A DNA stretch of 61,149 nt, counting the filler, from Streblomastix strix (Eukaryota), in assembly GCA_008636045.1 (NCBI GenBank). It is 4 parts of 4 records of this genome, joined end to end, with 100 filler letters (N's around TTAATTAATTAA, not from the genome) between each part and the next. Parts side by side here need not be neighbours in the genome. Positions count along the whole stretch, not along the records: positions 1 to 15,231 come from SNRW01001016.1; 3 more parts are not named here. One strand, given 5' to 3'. Under the pieces are notes generated by a model that saw only the letters and a list, made by a program, of their open reading frames with translations, had not been told where the DNA came from and ran no database searches. Below, one piece after another: positions 1-13,697 of this stretch; position 1 is the first letter of the stretch, and each line of letters opens with the position of its first letter. A program made the translations under genes and the position numbers.

Positions 1-3000
1 TTAAATAAACTATATCTGGTTTCTCTGGTGGTATCATATGATAAGTTAGATGGTTATTTTTACCATATCGGCTTTATTCAACCATACAACCTTCAAATCT
101 TATAAGAAATCTTGCATCCAGAGCTATAAATATAATGATGCGTAATTTCTTGTTAGCACAGGAAAAGAATTAAATATAGGGTTCATTTAATTCAAATCCA
201 AAACTCCACTAAACGTTATTTCATTAGGTATTAGATAATAAAATTCTGTTTTTACGTTAGGCAGTGGGGCTGCAGTCGTTGCATTAGCATTAATATCACT
301 CATTTTCACGTCTATAAATAATTCACAGTGGCGTTTCCATGCTATAATACTTTCTAGTGGTGATACGCTGACGGAGTTATTAGTGCATAAATCACTTAAT
401 GAGTTCGAACATATGACGGCTTGCTCTCTCGCATAAATTGATGTATCTAATAACTTCTTATTATCTAAACATATTACAAATTTATTAAAAGCGGCACACG
501 CAATTAAAAATCCAAGCCAAAATGTTTTATTTCCTCAGAATGGTAATCTTATGTTGCTTATGTCATAGCTATGGCCGCTGCGGTTGGGTCAGCATCAGCA
601 TTGAAATTATTAGCTGCGTTTGCGGTAGGTGCATCATCGACGTCAGCGTCAGCGGCTTTATTTAATTATATTGCTAGTGTATTTTTTGGTATGGTAATCG
701 TCCAAATTACCTAGCAAGATTAGATCATGGAACGGGTAGCGGTTCCTCTAGCTGCAAGGGGGGCACGTTTATATTTAACACCAGTAGAAGTTAATGAATC
801 CACGGGTTGGTCAAAAAATAATCTTTGTCTTTCCTAATAGCAAATTAGAACAGAAAGATAATTAATTACTAATGATATAGCTTATTATATCCAATTCTCG
901 AAACGTGGCGGAAATTCAACCAATTGCCAACTGTAAAATGAAGATTATTAATTATTTATAGATAACGATAACGCATTAGTTTATGCAGCTAATAATTAAA
1001 TTATTGATGGTTAAGCTTCAGATTTTGCATAAAAAATAGCCGCTGGTGGTTTACTAACGGTAAAGAATTTAAAGGTTCTAAATTTTGATTTTGTCGCATA
1101 AATTAATCAATTAATTAATGAAGCAAATTAATTATAATCTACTGTCGGATCTATTGATGCTGATATTTTTGGAGTAGAAAATGAATTAATAACCATACAG
1201 TAAGAGCTTGCGCGATAGTAGCATTTTAGGGGATATTATTTATTGAACACGGAAATTTAAAATTTATCAAATTCCGCTGATTGAGATTTTGCATTCAGTG
1301 CGGAGTCTGCGACAGTATGGATGTATTCTGATGAATGGTATAATAGCGGTGATATTGTGCCTGATTAAGTTTCTCCCGCTAGTGATGCGATGCCAATAGT
1401 GCATAACGCTGTTGGTGCTGCTGGCATTTCAAATGAATATAGCTGTGGAGACCATTAGCATCCTCTATAAGTTTCTACTATCTTATCTTCCGCTGATACT
1501 GCCACGGGAGAAGCAGGCACTGCAGCTGCTTATGCGAGGTCTGACCATACTCATCATGTAAATCTAAGTAATGACGTACCAGTATAAGATTCAGGAACAG
1601 GAACAGCAGGCACATCAAATATATATGTCAGTGCCCAGCATTAGCACCCCCCCCTAATGTTGATCCAACTGTTACAAATGTGCTACTGGTAAATGCCACT
1701 GCTACAGCTAATGTTATGAGTGATTATTACTGTAGAAATGACCATGTTCATCCTCAATAATTAACATATGATAGAAATATTACAGCGATTAAATCTATTA
1801 AAACTGGCGTATTATCGACAGAAATTTTATGCGCTAATGGAGATACAACCACAATAGATAGCAAATTTTCCAGAACATATTCAAGTGGCAATGGTGGATA
1901 TATTCGATTATGTGTTTTTGCAATAGGAACAAGTACAGGAGCACCATATATATAATTCTAGGTATAATATAATACAAACACAATGCAAACAATTGATTTA
2001 GTCCATAATTATACCGTTAATGGAATCGCTGATTTATATGGTGTATTTACTGCTCCATCTTATGTATAACTTGCATATAATATTTATTACGGAGCTGATA
2101 AGCTATTACTTACACATACAGGATCTTATTCTACAGCAGTATATACTGCTTGGATTCATATGATTTCTGATGTCGGAAGCGTAACTGTTACTGTTAGTAA
2201 TTAAAGCCCATTCATGACTAATCGAATTACCGAGATTTTAACATAGGATATTGTTTCGTATATCAGTGGTAGCTAAACATAAATACCAATTTCATATAAT
2301 TTAGGAAATGGTGGGATAATAAATAATATGCTAAAAGTTAATCCAATGGGTAGAAATTGTACTACATACAATAATAGTATTTGAATCGGAAATTATAGTA
2401 ATGAATCAGCATTATTTTTAGGATGTAGTACTACAGATATAAATACAACTAATGCTGGTTAATGGGAAATAAGTAAAACAAATTATAATGCGCTGACAAT
2501 TAATCCCTTATCTCTTCAATAAGCTGACCATAGCGTGGGGCTATCGATTAATAGTGATAATTCAATAATAAAATTTAATGGTAATGAATTAGTCAATGTT
2601 GGAACTGATTAAACAATTACAGGTAAAAAAACATTTGCAGGCGTAACTTCAGGTAAAATGTAAATAAATCCTATAGCAACTAGTTATGATGATGGCTTAA
2701 GAATATCCAGATCTGATACAAATACAGGTAGTTCTTCGATTTTTTAGGATGTAGTCGAACATCAACCACTGGTGTAATTGCAGGATAATGGGCAATATTT
2801 ACACCATCAAGTAATTATAATCATAATCCATTTGGTTCAGTAATATCATTGGCATCTGAAGCTGGTGATAACACTAGAGGATTATAAATTAGTGCTGATG
2901 GAAACACATTAAGTTTCAACAGGTCAGTTATCGCTGGAACTGGAGCATCAAATGGAGCAACTAATAGGTCAGTTAATTATTCCGCTGGAAATCCAATATT

Positions 3001-3105
3001 ATGGGGTTAAAATAGTACAGATCCAATAGGTAGATTTTATAGTGATGGTGCTAAAGTATATTGAAGAGCTCATCCATTAACAATGGGATCAGTTCCTCTA
3101 TGTAA
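1..3105 (+). pseudogene. Large fibre/spike-like structural protein, decayed and 5'-truncated
   Basis: Frame 1 from 571 reads MAAAVGSASALKLLAAFAVG..., QELARQQHFRGYYLLN, then DHQHP/DHTHH/DHVHP repeats, TDQTITGKKTF and a G/S/T-rich beta-like C-terminus (GSVP at ~3090). In-frame TGA at 1282; frameshifts near 130, 560, 1650 and 2745. The fibre role is inferred from the repeat type. Confidence 0.6.
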
Positions 3106-3153
3106 AATGAAAGGTTTGAGTGAAACGAAAAGGAAAATTTTATTTTTATATAA

Positions 3154-3600
3154 ATGCATAAGTCAATAAAATAACTTTTTAATGAACTTATTAAATGCTA
3201 CTTTGAAAATGAGGATACAATAAGGGTAGCCATCGATGCACTAAATAATTTACTTATCAAAGATAGCAATGAGCAACGCCATCCACTTTTGAAAGAATTA
3301 CAAAGGAAAAATAAATAATTTCTAAATTTATAAAATAAATTATAAAGCATAAAATAATATGTTGATGAAGAAGAATATAAAAATAAATTATTTAATGAAC
3401 AGGAGAAATATTTTAAAAATAAATATAATTAAATTAAAAAACATTTGGATTAGAATAATCAACCGATGCAAATCAAAAAATATATAATTTCTGAAGCCAA
3501 TGAAGCAGAGAAATAAATATATATTGACTTTATAAATGACGCATAAAATAGTAGCTTGGTCAATTATTATTCTCTTCTTTTAAATTAATAAGCAAATTGA
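3154..3600 (+). CDS. Hypothetical coiled-coil-like viral protein (148 aa)
   Basis: ATG 3154 to TGA 3600 is open with TAR=Gln (MHKSIKQLFNELIKCYFENE...). Confidence 0.55.
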
Positions 3601-3835
3601 GATATTGGATATATTTTATAAGTTCAATGGTTGTATCGCTTAAAGGCTCGGATAAAGTATAATGGTCTTTGAACTTTTAATATATTTATTTTCCCTCTTC
3701 ATTTAAATTATTGTTTTTTATTAATGCTTCAAATATTTTATGTATCTCGTAATCTGTTGCGTTATATTATAGACGTATGTTTGTTGCTAATTAATAAATT
3801 TATTTCATTTTAAATAAAATAAAAATAAATATTTT

Positions 3836-4174
3836 TCATATCCCACATTATTATTCTTCGGGGTGTTCGTTTATTGATTCAGTTATGGGTTTCCTTTTAT
3901 GATTTGATTATAAGATTTATTTTATGCTTATTTTCTATTCATTATTATTCGTATCATTAATGAGTATATATTTTTCGTTGTATCTCCCGCATTATTTTAA
4001 CTTTCTATAATATGTATAATCACTGTTTTTGGCTTTGGTTAATTGATAGAGTTACAGGTTCCATAAGCGGAGTTCATTAAATTATATGCCGTTGATTTGC
4101 TCTTTTAGTTGCCCGTCTTTCTTTACTTGGTCTTGGCTTAAATAGAATTCTAGTTTTTCAAATTGATTTGTCAT
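3836..4174 (-). CDS. Hypothetical viral protein (112 aa)
   Basis: ATG 4174 (MTNQFEKLEFYLSQDQVKKDG...) to TGA 3836, open with TAR=Gln. Confidence 0.55.
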
Positions 4175-4592
4175 TTTATAGGTAGATAAAATAAAATAAA
4201 TAAATAAAATCAAACTTATAAGTTTCCTTAGAGTTTAATAATTTTAAATATAAAATGTATCGCCAGTGCTGCGCTAATTCAAAATCTTTATTTGCTATTG
4301 CTTCATTCAAAAATGCCTCAATGTATTACTCCGTTAATTTATTCCAATGAATAATATTTTGATTCTTTCCCATTTTTCTTCTATAAAAAAATTATATTAT
4401 ATAAATTGTAATATTAAGGGGAACCGATATTATGTCTAAGTACCCCCATAATTATTTGTTTAAGTTAGCAGTGTCGGTTAATTTTTCAGGGATGGATATA
4501 GATAGTATAGATATAATAAAATTGAAGCTATAAAACATATAATTCATGGTGGCAATTATTAAATTCAATATATTCATTTTATCCAAATAAAA

Positions 4593-5608
4593 ATGTCATT
4601 AGCGGATTTATAAAATATATAATTTGCAAATTAAGATTTATTGAACGAGTATAAAACGCGGTCACTTACGAAAAATTCGTTGTTCCTCGTCAATGGCAAC
4701 CACTACATCATTGGAGCTGTTGGCTCAGGTAAAATAACGCTAATGTCTAAGCTGATTGTTATGTACAAAAAAATCATTAACCCATATATTATTTATTTCT
4801 CTAATTTTGGGACTGACGAAACTATGGCTTTAAATTTAAATAGCAAAGGAATATAAATAGTGAATATAACATATGGCGAAGCTATGGTTTTTTTGCCAGA
4901 GTTTGACGAAGTAAAATATAGTACTAAAGAGATATATATATGCAATAAGCTGCGGGAATAAAATTTTGATTACAATAGCGATTTTATTAAGCGAATGAAA
5001 GATAAAACTATAGAAAATAACCCAATAAAAAGAAATGAATTGCCTCCATTATTTGCTGAAAGAATCGCAGAATTATTTTAATCTACAATAATAGAGACTA
5101 TAAATAAATATTCATAACCTTTTGAAATCCTGCGGTTCAAAATTCCAGCTTTAATTTAGAACGTAATTTATCAAAAAAATTCAAAATTGTTAATGATAAA
5201 TAAACAGCAGACATAAAAATATTAAAAATTCCTATATTAAAAGATGCTCAGCTATTGAATACTTTAATGCTCTTCGATGATATTGGATCCAATGCCGATA
5301 TATAACGTTTTAGTAGTTTATTATCTAAGACCATTACCCATTTTGTTAGTGATTCACGTCATTCAAAGAATACAATATTCTTTATTGCATAACGTCCCCA
5401 ATATTTGTTTAAGACAGCAAGGATACTTTCACATGTCATTTGTCTGGGGGTCAATCTTGGCGAAAGTGATTTAAAATAAGTATTTGAAGAGAATAGTATT
5501 CAGGGCTTGGACTTCGAAGAATTATTATTATTATATGGAACATTAAATAAATATGAGTTTATGGTTTTAAACAAGTGGCTCGGAAAATTCGAGATACTGA
5601 GAAACTGA
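4593..5608 (+). pseudogene. A32-like (FtsK/HerA) genome-packaging ATPase, frameshifted
   Basis: Walker A IIGAVGSGKIT, Walker B LMLFDD, SRH Arg-finger motif and IFFIAQ. Net frameshift around 5180-5230; TGA at 5606. Confidence 0.88.
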
Positions 5609-5658
5609 AAATAAATAAACTTTATTTTTTTATTTTTCATTTTTTTATTTTATATAAA

Positions 5659-6501
5659 ATGGAGTCAACAACAACCAAAAACTAAATTACTTCAAACAAT
5701 GAAACTTTTACAATTGGTTTATATAATGATTTTGAAATAATGATACACGATAAAGATGGATTTATTAATGCGACTAAATTAGTTGCTTTCATTAATGAAC
5801 GCGAGCATACAAATAAATTATTAAAAAATATATTTATATAGCCAATGTTTAAAAATTATAAGGAGTTATTAACGAATTAAGGGGTTGGCTCAAAAATGTG
5901 CCGACCCCCTTTAGAGTATCAACTGATAACAGAATATATAAACGATGTTAGGGGAACCTATATACATAAAGATTTTATAAATATAATATGTATGAAGACA
6001 TCAATAAAATATTTATATATGGTCAGTCAAATAATAGATTAAATTAACGAACGTATATAATCGTCTTATAATGATGTAGCAAGTATATAAGTCTTCGCTG
6101 TGGATATGATTAATACTGATATTGAAGAATAATAATAAAAGATAAATGAATAAAATTATGAAATAAAACAATTGAAACCTCGAGCTGTTCCTGAAGGCCA
6201 TTAAACCAATTATGTATTTGCTGTTCAAGTAGAAGATGATGATGAAGATGATAATATTGTTCGAAAAATCGGAAGAAGAAATAGATATTGCACAAGAAAT
6301 AAATTAATGAAAGAATTAAAAGAAAGTTTATTATTCTATGATAAAATACCTATAAGCATGTCAAAAAATTATGAGATAAAAAAATAGTTATCATAAATGT
6401 TTGGAGATAAAATAAAATTCAATTAATGCAGATACATCTTTAAACCTGAATTAATGGATGAGGTCGTTAATTTTATAAAGGGTAAAATGGAAAACAAATG
6501 A
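5659..6501 (+). CDS. KilA-N domain DNA-binding protein (280 aa)
   Basis: Intact with TAR=Gln; KDGFINATKL and RGTYIH KilA-N motifs followed by a coiled-coil-like region. Confidence 0.85.
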
Positions 6502-6520
6502 AAAACGAATTTACTTTTGC

Positions 6521-9500
6521 TCAATCAATTAAATAGTCTTTAGCTGTGAGATTGAATAGATAAGGGCAACAACTTTAATCTTTTTATATCACCATTTTAG
6601 TGTGGATTCTAGTAATGCCGTTCTTTTATGTAGCTATTTTGACGTAATATAATTCTTTTGATCTAGTCGCGTATTAGTCGCTTTTGTTATCGTTCCACTA
6701 TTAATATTATCCACTGTGTTTTATTTACTTATTTTTGTTGTCTTCAAAATGACACCCTTCAATTTTATTTTTTCTTTCTCATCAACTTTTATATAATATT
6801 TTTTAGGGGCTAATGCAATCATTTCGGTTCCTTCGTTTTCGATAGCTAAACCAAGTATTTTCTTCTCGTCTAATAAATTTCCCTCAATAGTTGGAAAGTA
6901 ATATTTTGCATTATCATCATAAAATTATTAATATTTAATAACGTAATTAAATTATTATTAATATCCCGCTTCTTCTAAGCCATTAACAGCCCAATAAACC
7001 GAATCAGTATCACCTTCTACGAAATGGAGTTTCAACATATCAAAAGCTTTATGCATAAAATTATATATAAAATTAAGATACCAATATTTAGCATTATCTA
7101 ACAATGAATAAGCTTCATAAATTGGTGTCTTACATGTGCAGGTCTCAGGGTTTAATTATACAGTGTAAGCATTATCAGATTATTATTGTTCATCCATAAA
7201 TATATTTGATAAATGGGACTTTTGTGCTCTCTTCTAATTCATTACTTTAACTTCGGTATATTTCTCTGTTTTCTTTCCATCGGAACCATATGATGAGTTC
7301 ATTATGATTTTACAAAATTATTCTAATCCTTTATTTCCTTCTATTTTTGCATATATTCTCTTGTCTATAAATTCCTTGACGAACGGATTAAATCCTTCAT
7401 GCTTATTAAATAAAATCAATTGTTTTGCATCATCAATAATAAGATAGCAGTCATCGATTAAGAACCATAAATAGTATGAGCTGAAGGACATATATTCGCC
7501 CATAGTTGATAATAAATTTGTTAGTTTTCGCTATTTTTGGTCTGTTTTAATATTGTTATTTTTCATACGATTATACATGTAAGAGCCGATGGATTCCTCA
7601 GAAGTGGTAAATGTATAGTTTCTTAAAATAGGGGGGAAATTAATAAAATCATTTATATATTTTTCGTCAATGTGTCCCTTTAATTCAGCTATAAATAACT
7701 AATCGCGGCCCCTTATTATATCCATTATCTTAGTCTTATCATCCGTTCTGCCAATGACGTAGCCAGACATATACATTTTGTCACTTGTATATTTTTTAAA
7801 TTTATGCGGCTCGGATGACATTACGCTGGGGTATAAGGAATTGAAATCAACTCCAACAATATTAGAAATTATATTATTTGAAGTTTGAACATGAACTTTC
7901 TTATCCACTGGGTCATAACTGAATTATTTATTGTGCCTTTGCCCGCTATATTTTCCTTATTCATTACATTAGATAAACCGCCAGTTATCCCATTACGAAT
8001 AAGTTTATAATCTTCAATATTTGTTAAATTAGTCGGGAAACTATGAAGCATACAAAATCGGCGAAGTTAAATAAATAATCAGCTTATATTCTTATCTTTA
8101 TTTGAACAGTATTTATTGCAATAGAGACAGCACGGTTATACGCTATCTTTTGTGTGTGGTAAATTATTATTTATTCTATCTAGTTTTGGCTTATTATTCA
8201 CTGTAAATTTATCATCACAAATGGCACATACAGAAGAATCGAATAATTGCCTAAAATATTGATAGTCATTAACTGATACGTTATTTGATGAATCCCTGTG
8301 CTTGATCTTATCTTGGAATCTATACCCATCTACTCTATATTTCCAATAACTGGGATATAAAACGAATTTGTAAGAGTTATCAATACAGGGGGATAATTAG
8401 CATTTAAATCAAAGTCTTTATAAGCTAATGTGTATTTGATAGCGTTTGCACATGCAGCCATGGACATAAAGCTAATCATATCAATTTTATACTCCATGTT
8501 CATTTATATTAAATTGTCTATTGGTGCAATCATTATTTTTGTATCCTGTTCATTATAATACTGTAGATATTACCAACGATTTTTAAAATTATTTTGCATC
8601 CTCAAAATAAATTTTATATTCGTTTTCGCCCAATGATGAATTCTTTAGTGTTGAATTAAATGCTTCGATGGGGAATGGATCGCTGCTATTGAGGACATCA
8701 TTAAAATTACCAATGTTAATATATTCATATGGAAATACACCTTTATTATTTCTTTCAACTGAGCCACCAAAATTTTTGGCAAAATCCTTCAATGTCATCG
8801 GCTGATCATAGACCATTATATCACAGAAATTCAATTTGATTTATGAATGGTTATGTTAAACAATAATTGTTTTAGCATATGATGAACTGCCAATATAGCT
8901 CTTAATTTCCCAGTCTAATGATTATAGATTTTTAAATATCAATGCAAAATCGAACTTTGTGCTATTGAATCCAACGATGGGAACATCTAAGTCATATGGA
9001 ATATGTGAATCTTCATATAAATTATCAATATATATTTATTCCGCTTCTTTAAATAATTATTTGAGCCATTAATTTATAAAATTTGCGCCATTTCGAAAAT
9101 TAAAATAAATAGTTATTATACCTTAATTATTCATAATAATTGAGGCTACAGAAAAGGGTACCAATTATGAAGTCTATTTGCTTGATTTGTCAAAATCTTT
9201 ATTTATTACTTTCTCCACTGTTTCAAAATCATAAGTAATATAGGAGCCCGTGGGTTTAAATTCATTCTCTCTATTATTTGCCAATAAATAGGCGTATGTT
9301 TTGTTCTGCATTATATGAGTACAAAATGGCCTTTGAACAGCTTCCAGTTTAACCTCCTTTATTACTTTTCCTTCGTTAATTTCGCATTTCTTGATGAGCA
9401 TCTCAAAATCTCTTGCAAAACTAACATCTCGAGGATTAAATGCTCTCGACTTGCAAAATGGGCAAAATTTCAATTCTGTTAATGTTTCTTTGTTCTTGAT

Positions 9501-10825
9501 ATAAAAAGCATGGGTAACGTTATTTTCTGAGGAGCATATTAATACGTTAAACTCGAGGACGCTGACGGGTTCATCAACGGATTCATCACTTGATTCATCT
9601 GTAGCTTCATCATTATATTTAAATGCCTTTAACTGGTAATATATTTTTTGCTCGGTATCATAATGATAAATATTTATATTAATTTTCTCGTCTTAAATGA
9701 AATTATCAATCTCTGATTCAATATAGAATCCTTTATAATCTTGCAACCAATTTTATAATTACTTTTCAGTGGCTATTTTATAATGCTTCATCATGTGCTC
9801 CTTGGCCATGTGCTCGCATAAATGTTCTCTGATTCTTTTCATGGGAGAACCGATATATTTAAATAAATTATAGGCTTAGAACCAGCATATATTATATTTG
9901 CATCTTGTCGTTCTCAAACAGTTCTTATGATCCTGCAGATGAAAGTCTATAAGTTCTTTTATGTTGCTGCCTACGCGAAACTGAGGTAGTGCAAACGTTT
10001 TAATCATCTTCGAATAAATTGCAATGAACCGCTATTTTGTGCTATCCAAATTAAAGTTCTACATCTCAATTATTTCAGATTTAAAATATTCCTTGTATTC
10101 TTGTATGTCTTATTCAGTGATTATCGCTTTGGTGATATGCATTTATGTTCTTGTTTCCTGTGGTAAAATATAATCATATGATACTGTTAAATGCCGCTGC
10201 TTGTCTGTGTTTTGCTCCTCATAAATAACTTCAAAATCAAATGTAATTTTAAATAGTTAATGGTTCTGTTTTCAATATACTTAGTCAATAAATTTATTTA
10301 TCTCTTCTAATGAATAAATCAAATTATTTTAGTATGTACAGCTGATTGTGCCGTCTATATCTATCTAAAATTGGTATCTTTGTCGTGCTCTATCAGCTGT
10401 ATCTATAAATTTGTCCATGTCAGCGGGTTAGAAATAAAGCAAAGTATCAGAGAAATAATTTTATATTTAATTGACTAATTCATTACTATATTTATTAATT
10501 TTATCGCTTATTTCTTCATTCTATATCATATCAATATAAAGCTGTGGTAAAACAAAAACGCTTTTGTCTCTTAAAAGTTATTGGGTTTAGTAAATTAATT
10601 AATCTCATCGAGTAAATGCTTTAGGGTTATTCGCTCCTGTTCAATTCGATTATTTTGTGCCTCAATGAATTTATTAAAAGTATTAAAATTATTTCTTGCA
10701 CGCTTGAGAAAACTAAATTCGTTTAATTTTTGATTAAGCAATAATTTTAATTCATTTCTTTTTAATTTGCATTTTTCCATTGAACGTAATAATTTGATGA
10801 TTTCACTTTTCTTTAAGTAAGGCAT
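6521..10825 (-). pseudogene. Protein-primed family B DNA polymerase (pPolB) with vOTU-like, Zn-finger and HNH-like domains, frameshifted
   Basis: ExoI YDFET (~9225), ExoII GFNSTKFDF (~8960), KGVFPYEY, ExoIII YNEQDT, PolA VDFNSLYPSVM (~7840), PolB KIIMNSSYG (~7300), PolC VEGDTDS (~7010). Several ORF-track pieces belong to this one gene. Confidence 0.93.
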
Positions 10826-11267
10826 ATTTATTAGAAATTAAAAAAATAAAAAATATTTGAATAAATTTAGTTAGGATAAAATAAATATAAATTTAATCAA
10901 TCAATTATAAATTCTTAGTTTATCAAATCAAATTCATTTTTCAATTCTGGAAAAGTCTAATATAAAACATCAATGGTTTCTTTATTTTTATATAGTCTCT
11001 ATTTATATAATTTTATTTAATTTTATGCTTCATCAATAATTTCATAAATGGGAACCTCTACTTATAAAGCACTTTGCCATGCCCCCCTTGTTTATTTTGA
11101 TTATTATTGGGGGTGAATTATTTAATCTTTATATTGATTTATCCTTTTGATACAAAATGCGGATTCTATTGCTGCTGTTTAATAGTAATCAATTTTTATA
11201 TTTAATTTGTCCATTTATGATAGACAAAAATAGAGAAAAAACGAAGTTTTTTCAATACATTAGTGAA

Positions 11268-11335
11268 GCCATCAACGGATCCATCAAACGGAACCATCAA
11301 CGGAATCATTAACGAAACCATCAACGGAATCATTG
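11268..11335. repeat. Tandem ~12-bp repeat (ccatcaacggaa-like, about 5 copies) at the 3' end of the penton-like gene
   Basis: gccatcaacggatccatcaaacggaaccatcaacggaatcattaacgaaaccatcaacggaatc. Confidence 0.75.
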
Positions 11336-12792
11336 AAATTCAATTTCTAGCAGTAAATTATTATAATAATCCATATATTATGTTGGTATCTTACGGCCAA
11401 AGTAATCATATAATGTAAATACTACTGATTTATTCAAGCCGATTAAACATTTTTAAAACATCATGTTCTAACCTCATAAAACAGGAGTATCAATCAAGTT
11501 CTATTTGAAACATACATTAGTAAACCCATTACCTCCTACTGTTTCCATCATTATACCCTATAATTAATTATTTATACATATATTTAATATTTGGGGATAT
11601 TCTATAAAATTACCAATGAACGGGCAAAATATCGGTATATCAGGAATCAAACTATTGGCTTAAAATTTGTTCTTATAAAACCATGTTTCCAAATCAATCT
11701 GTTTTATAGCCGATGAAAGATTTGATAATTAATTTGATCCATTCTCATTTAAGCCATCGTATAAATCTAAATTTCCTGCTAATTGATAATATAAATTTGG
11801 AGATAAAATAATTTTTTAGCACACCAATTAATATGCTCAACTGCGGCATACTCACCAACAACTTCCGCGATGAATTAACCATAAACGCCAGTCCTTCCAA
11901 TTGCTGCATAAATATCCGTCCATTCTTGAGTGGTTAAAGCAGGCAAAGAGCATATTACCCTCACGGGGAAAGTATTTATATTATTGATTATTTATTGCAT
12001 GGTCTATTATTAAACGTCTATAGGTTAATCGTCTAATGTAGTAATTGCACCAGCAGAAGTAATATTTATACGCTTGCTGAATAAATATCGAATTGATAGC
12101 CCCCATTCGTTGATTGTGGTTCTTTTGATATTAAAAAATTATTTGAAATTGGGAAATATAAGTGAATTAAACCAATAGCTCCATAAGCAACGCCATTACT
12201 GTAATCCATTATCCAATAATGATAAAGGAACGCATCAATTCTTAAATTTATATAAATTATCGCAGAACTTACTATATCCTAGCCGAAATTTGTATTTAAT
12301 GAAAATTGGTTATTTTATAATTTTAATGTATGCTCATTCTGGGGGTTATTGAAGCAAATAGCCCCTCGGTTTGTTGTAGTCTATTATTTAAAATATTTTT
12401 CTTATCCATCTATGAAATTAATAAATTGAGGAATTTAAAGAACAAGCAATTACGGAACATATTTATATCCTTAATTATCTTAGTCATCAACATATTAGTT
12501 ATTTATAGCCGTATTTAAATTTATCCTAATTGCTGGAAGCTCCGTCAATGTTTATAATGAAAATGTATTATTTCCGTTATCTTGTTAATAGTATATTTTT
12601 CTATTGGGAGTTGAAATAATATTATGCTATATTTCTATGTAATTATTGTTCAAACAATAGTTTAAATTTATCAGTATATTATTTATGCTATTCACTTAAA
12701 AGGAATTTTAGCCCGAGAGTATTGTGGTCTTCTATTATACGAAGTCCTCATCTGATTCAGAGCTAATTATTTACATTCTGATGTTTGAAATT
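11330..12792 (-). pseudogene. Putative minor capsid (penton) protein, ~480 aa, decayed
   Basis: Homologous to 56067-57535. The C-terminus FTLYDYFGRKIPTQYMDYYNNLLLEIEFQ resembles single-jelly-roll penton ends. The start appears mutated (taaATT). Confidence 0.5.
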
Positions 12793-12831
12793 TATTTAAT
12801 GAAAAAATAATGAATCATTTCCTTCTTTCAT

Positions 12832-13042
12832 TCAATAATTCAATTAATTTTATTACTGCATTTTAGCTATTTTCTTAGGGGATTGATATAAATTCTTTTA
12901 GTTCTTCCATCCTCAGGCGCTTATTAAATTCTCTCAATAAAAAACGAAGTTCAATTTCTGGGTCCGATTTCGTGGTCAATGAAACCAGAGAACTTAAGAA
13001 AGAACTATAGATTATGAATTCATCGCATGATATTTTAATCAT
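12832..13042 (-). pseudogene. Small conserved viral protein (MIKISCDEFIIYSSFLS...DPEIELRF)
   Basis: Clear homolog at 55732 in contig 4. Confidence 0.7.
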
Positions 13043-13121
13043 TTAATTAAAAATAAAAATAAAAAAAGTTTATTCATTCTATTTATGGAAATCATTAAAA
13101 TATTTTTTTAAATTTATTAAA

Positions 13122-13690
13122 ATGCCACCTAAAAAAGAATAAACAAAATAACCAGCAAATAATTTAGCAAGTATGCGCCTACCTTAGCCTTCATAAATAA
13201 AAGAAAGCCGAAGAGAAAAAGAAAAAATAAAAGAAAAGGATAATATTTATTAATAAGACCTATAATCTAACCCTTTCGCCATCCCAATAGATTAATTCAG
13301 TGACGCCTAGCCATAAGGAACTTTAGTATAAAACTTAATGCAAAACGAACAAGATAAATAACGTCAAGGCCAAATTTTAAAATTGGTTAATGCCGACGCA
13401 GTAAATAATTTAACATATCAAACAGGAGCAACTGACTGGGGAAAGGGTTAAGTAAATACATTATATAATAATAATCCTTATCCAGAAATGAAAGACGCAT
13501 ATTATATTAACGAATGCGGGAAACCATCTTTAAAAGTTCAAAAATAATATTTAGATAAAGAATCCAGATATAATCGACCAAAAGAAAGAAAGAGTTATAT
13601 TATACCTAGTTAATTAAAGAAATCGGTTGCTGAATAAGATAAATTAAAAAAAACGGTTAGAAAAATAAAAAGAAATGAAAATCAATTAGA
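13122..13690 (+). pseudogene. Basic Lys-rich viral protein (MPPKK..., DWG motif)
   Basis: Long open frame after an early frameshift; syntenic with, and weakly similar to, 54545-55570(-). Confidence 0.45.
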
Positions 13691-13697
13691 AATATCG

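Noticed and set aside
7318..9473. Separate small genes as listed in the ORF track
   Set aside because: All are fragments of one pPolB once TAA/TAG are read as Gln.
6521..10825. Programmed frameshifting or TGA readthrough in viral genes
   Set aside because: Lesions fall at different positions in the two homologous copies and often in homopolymers, which fits decay or sequencing error.
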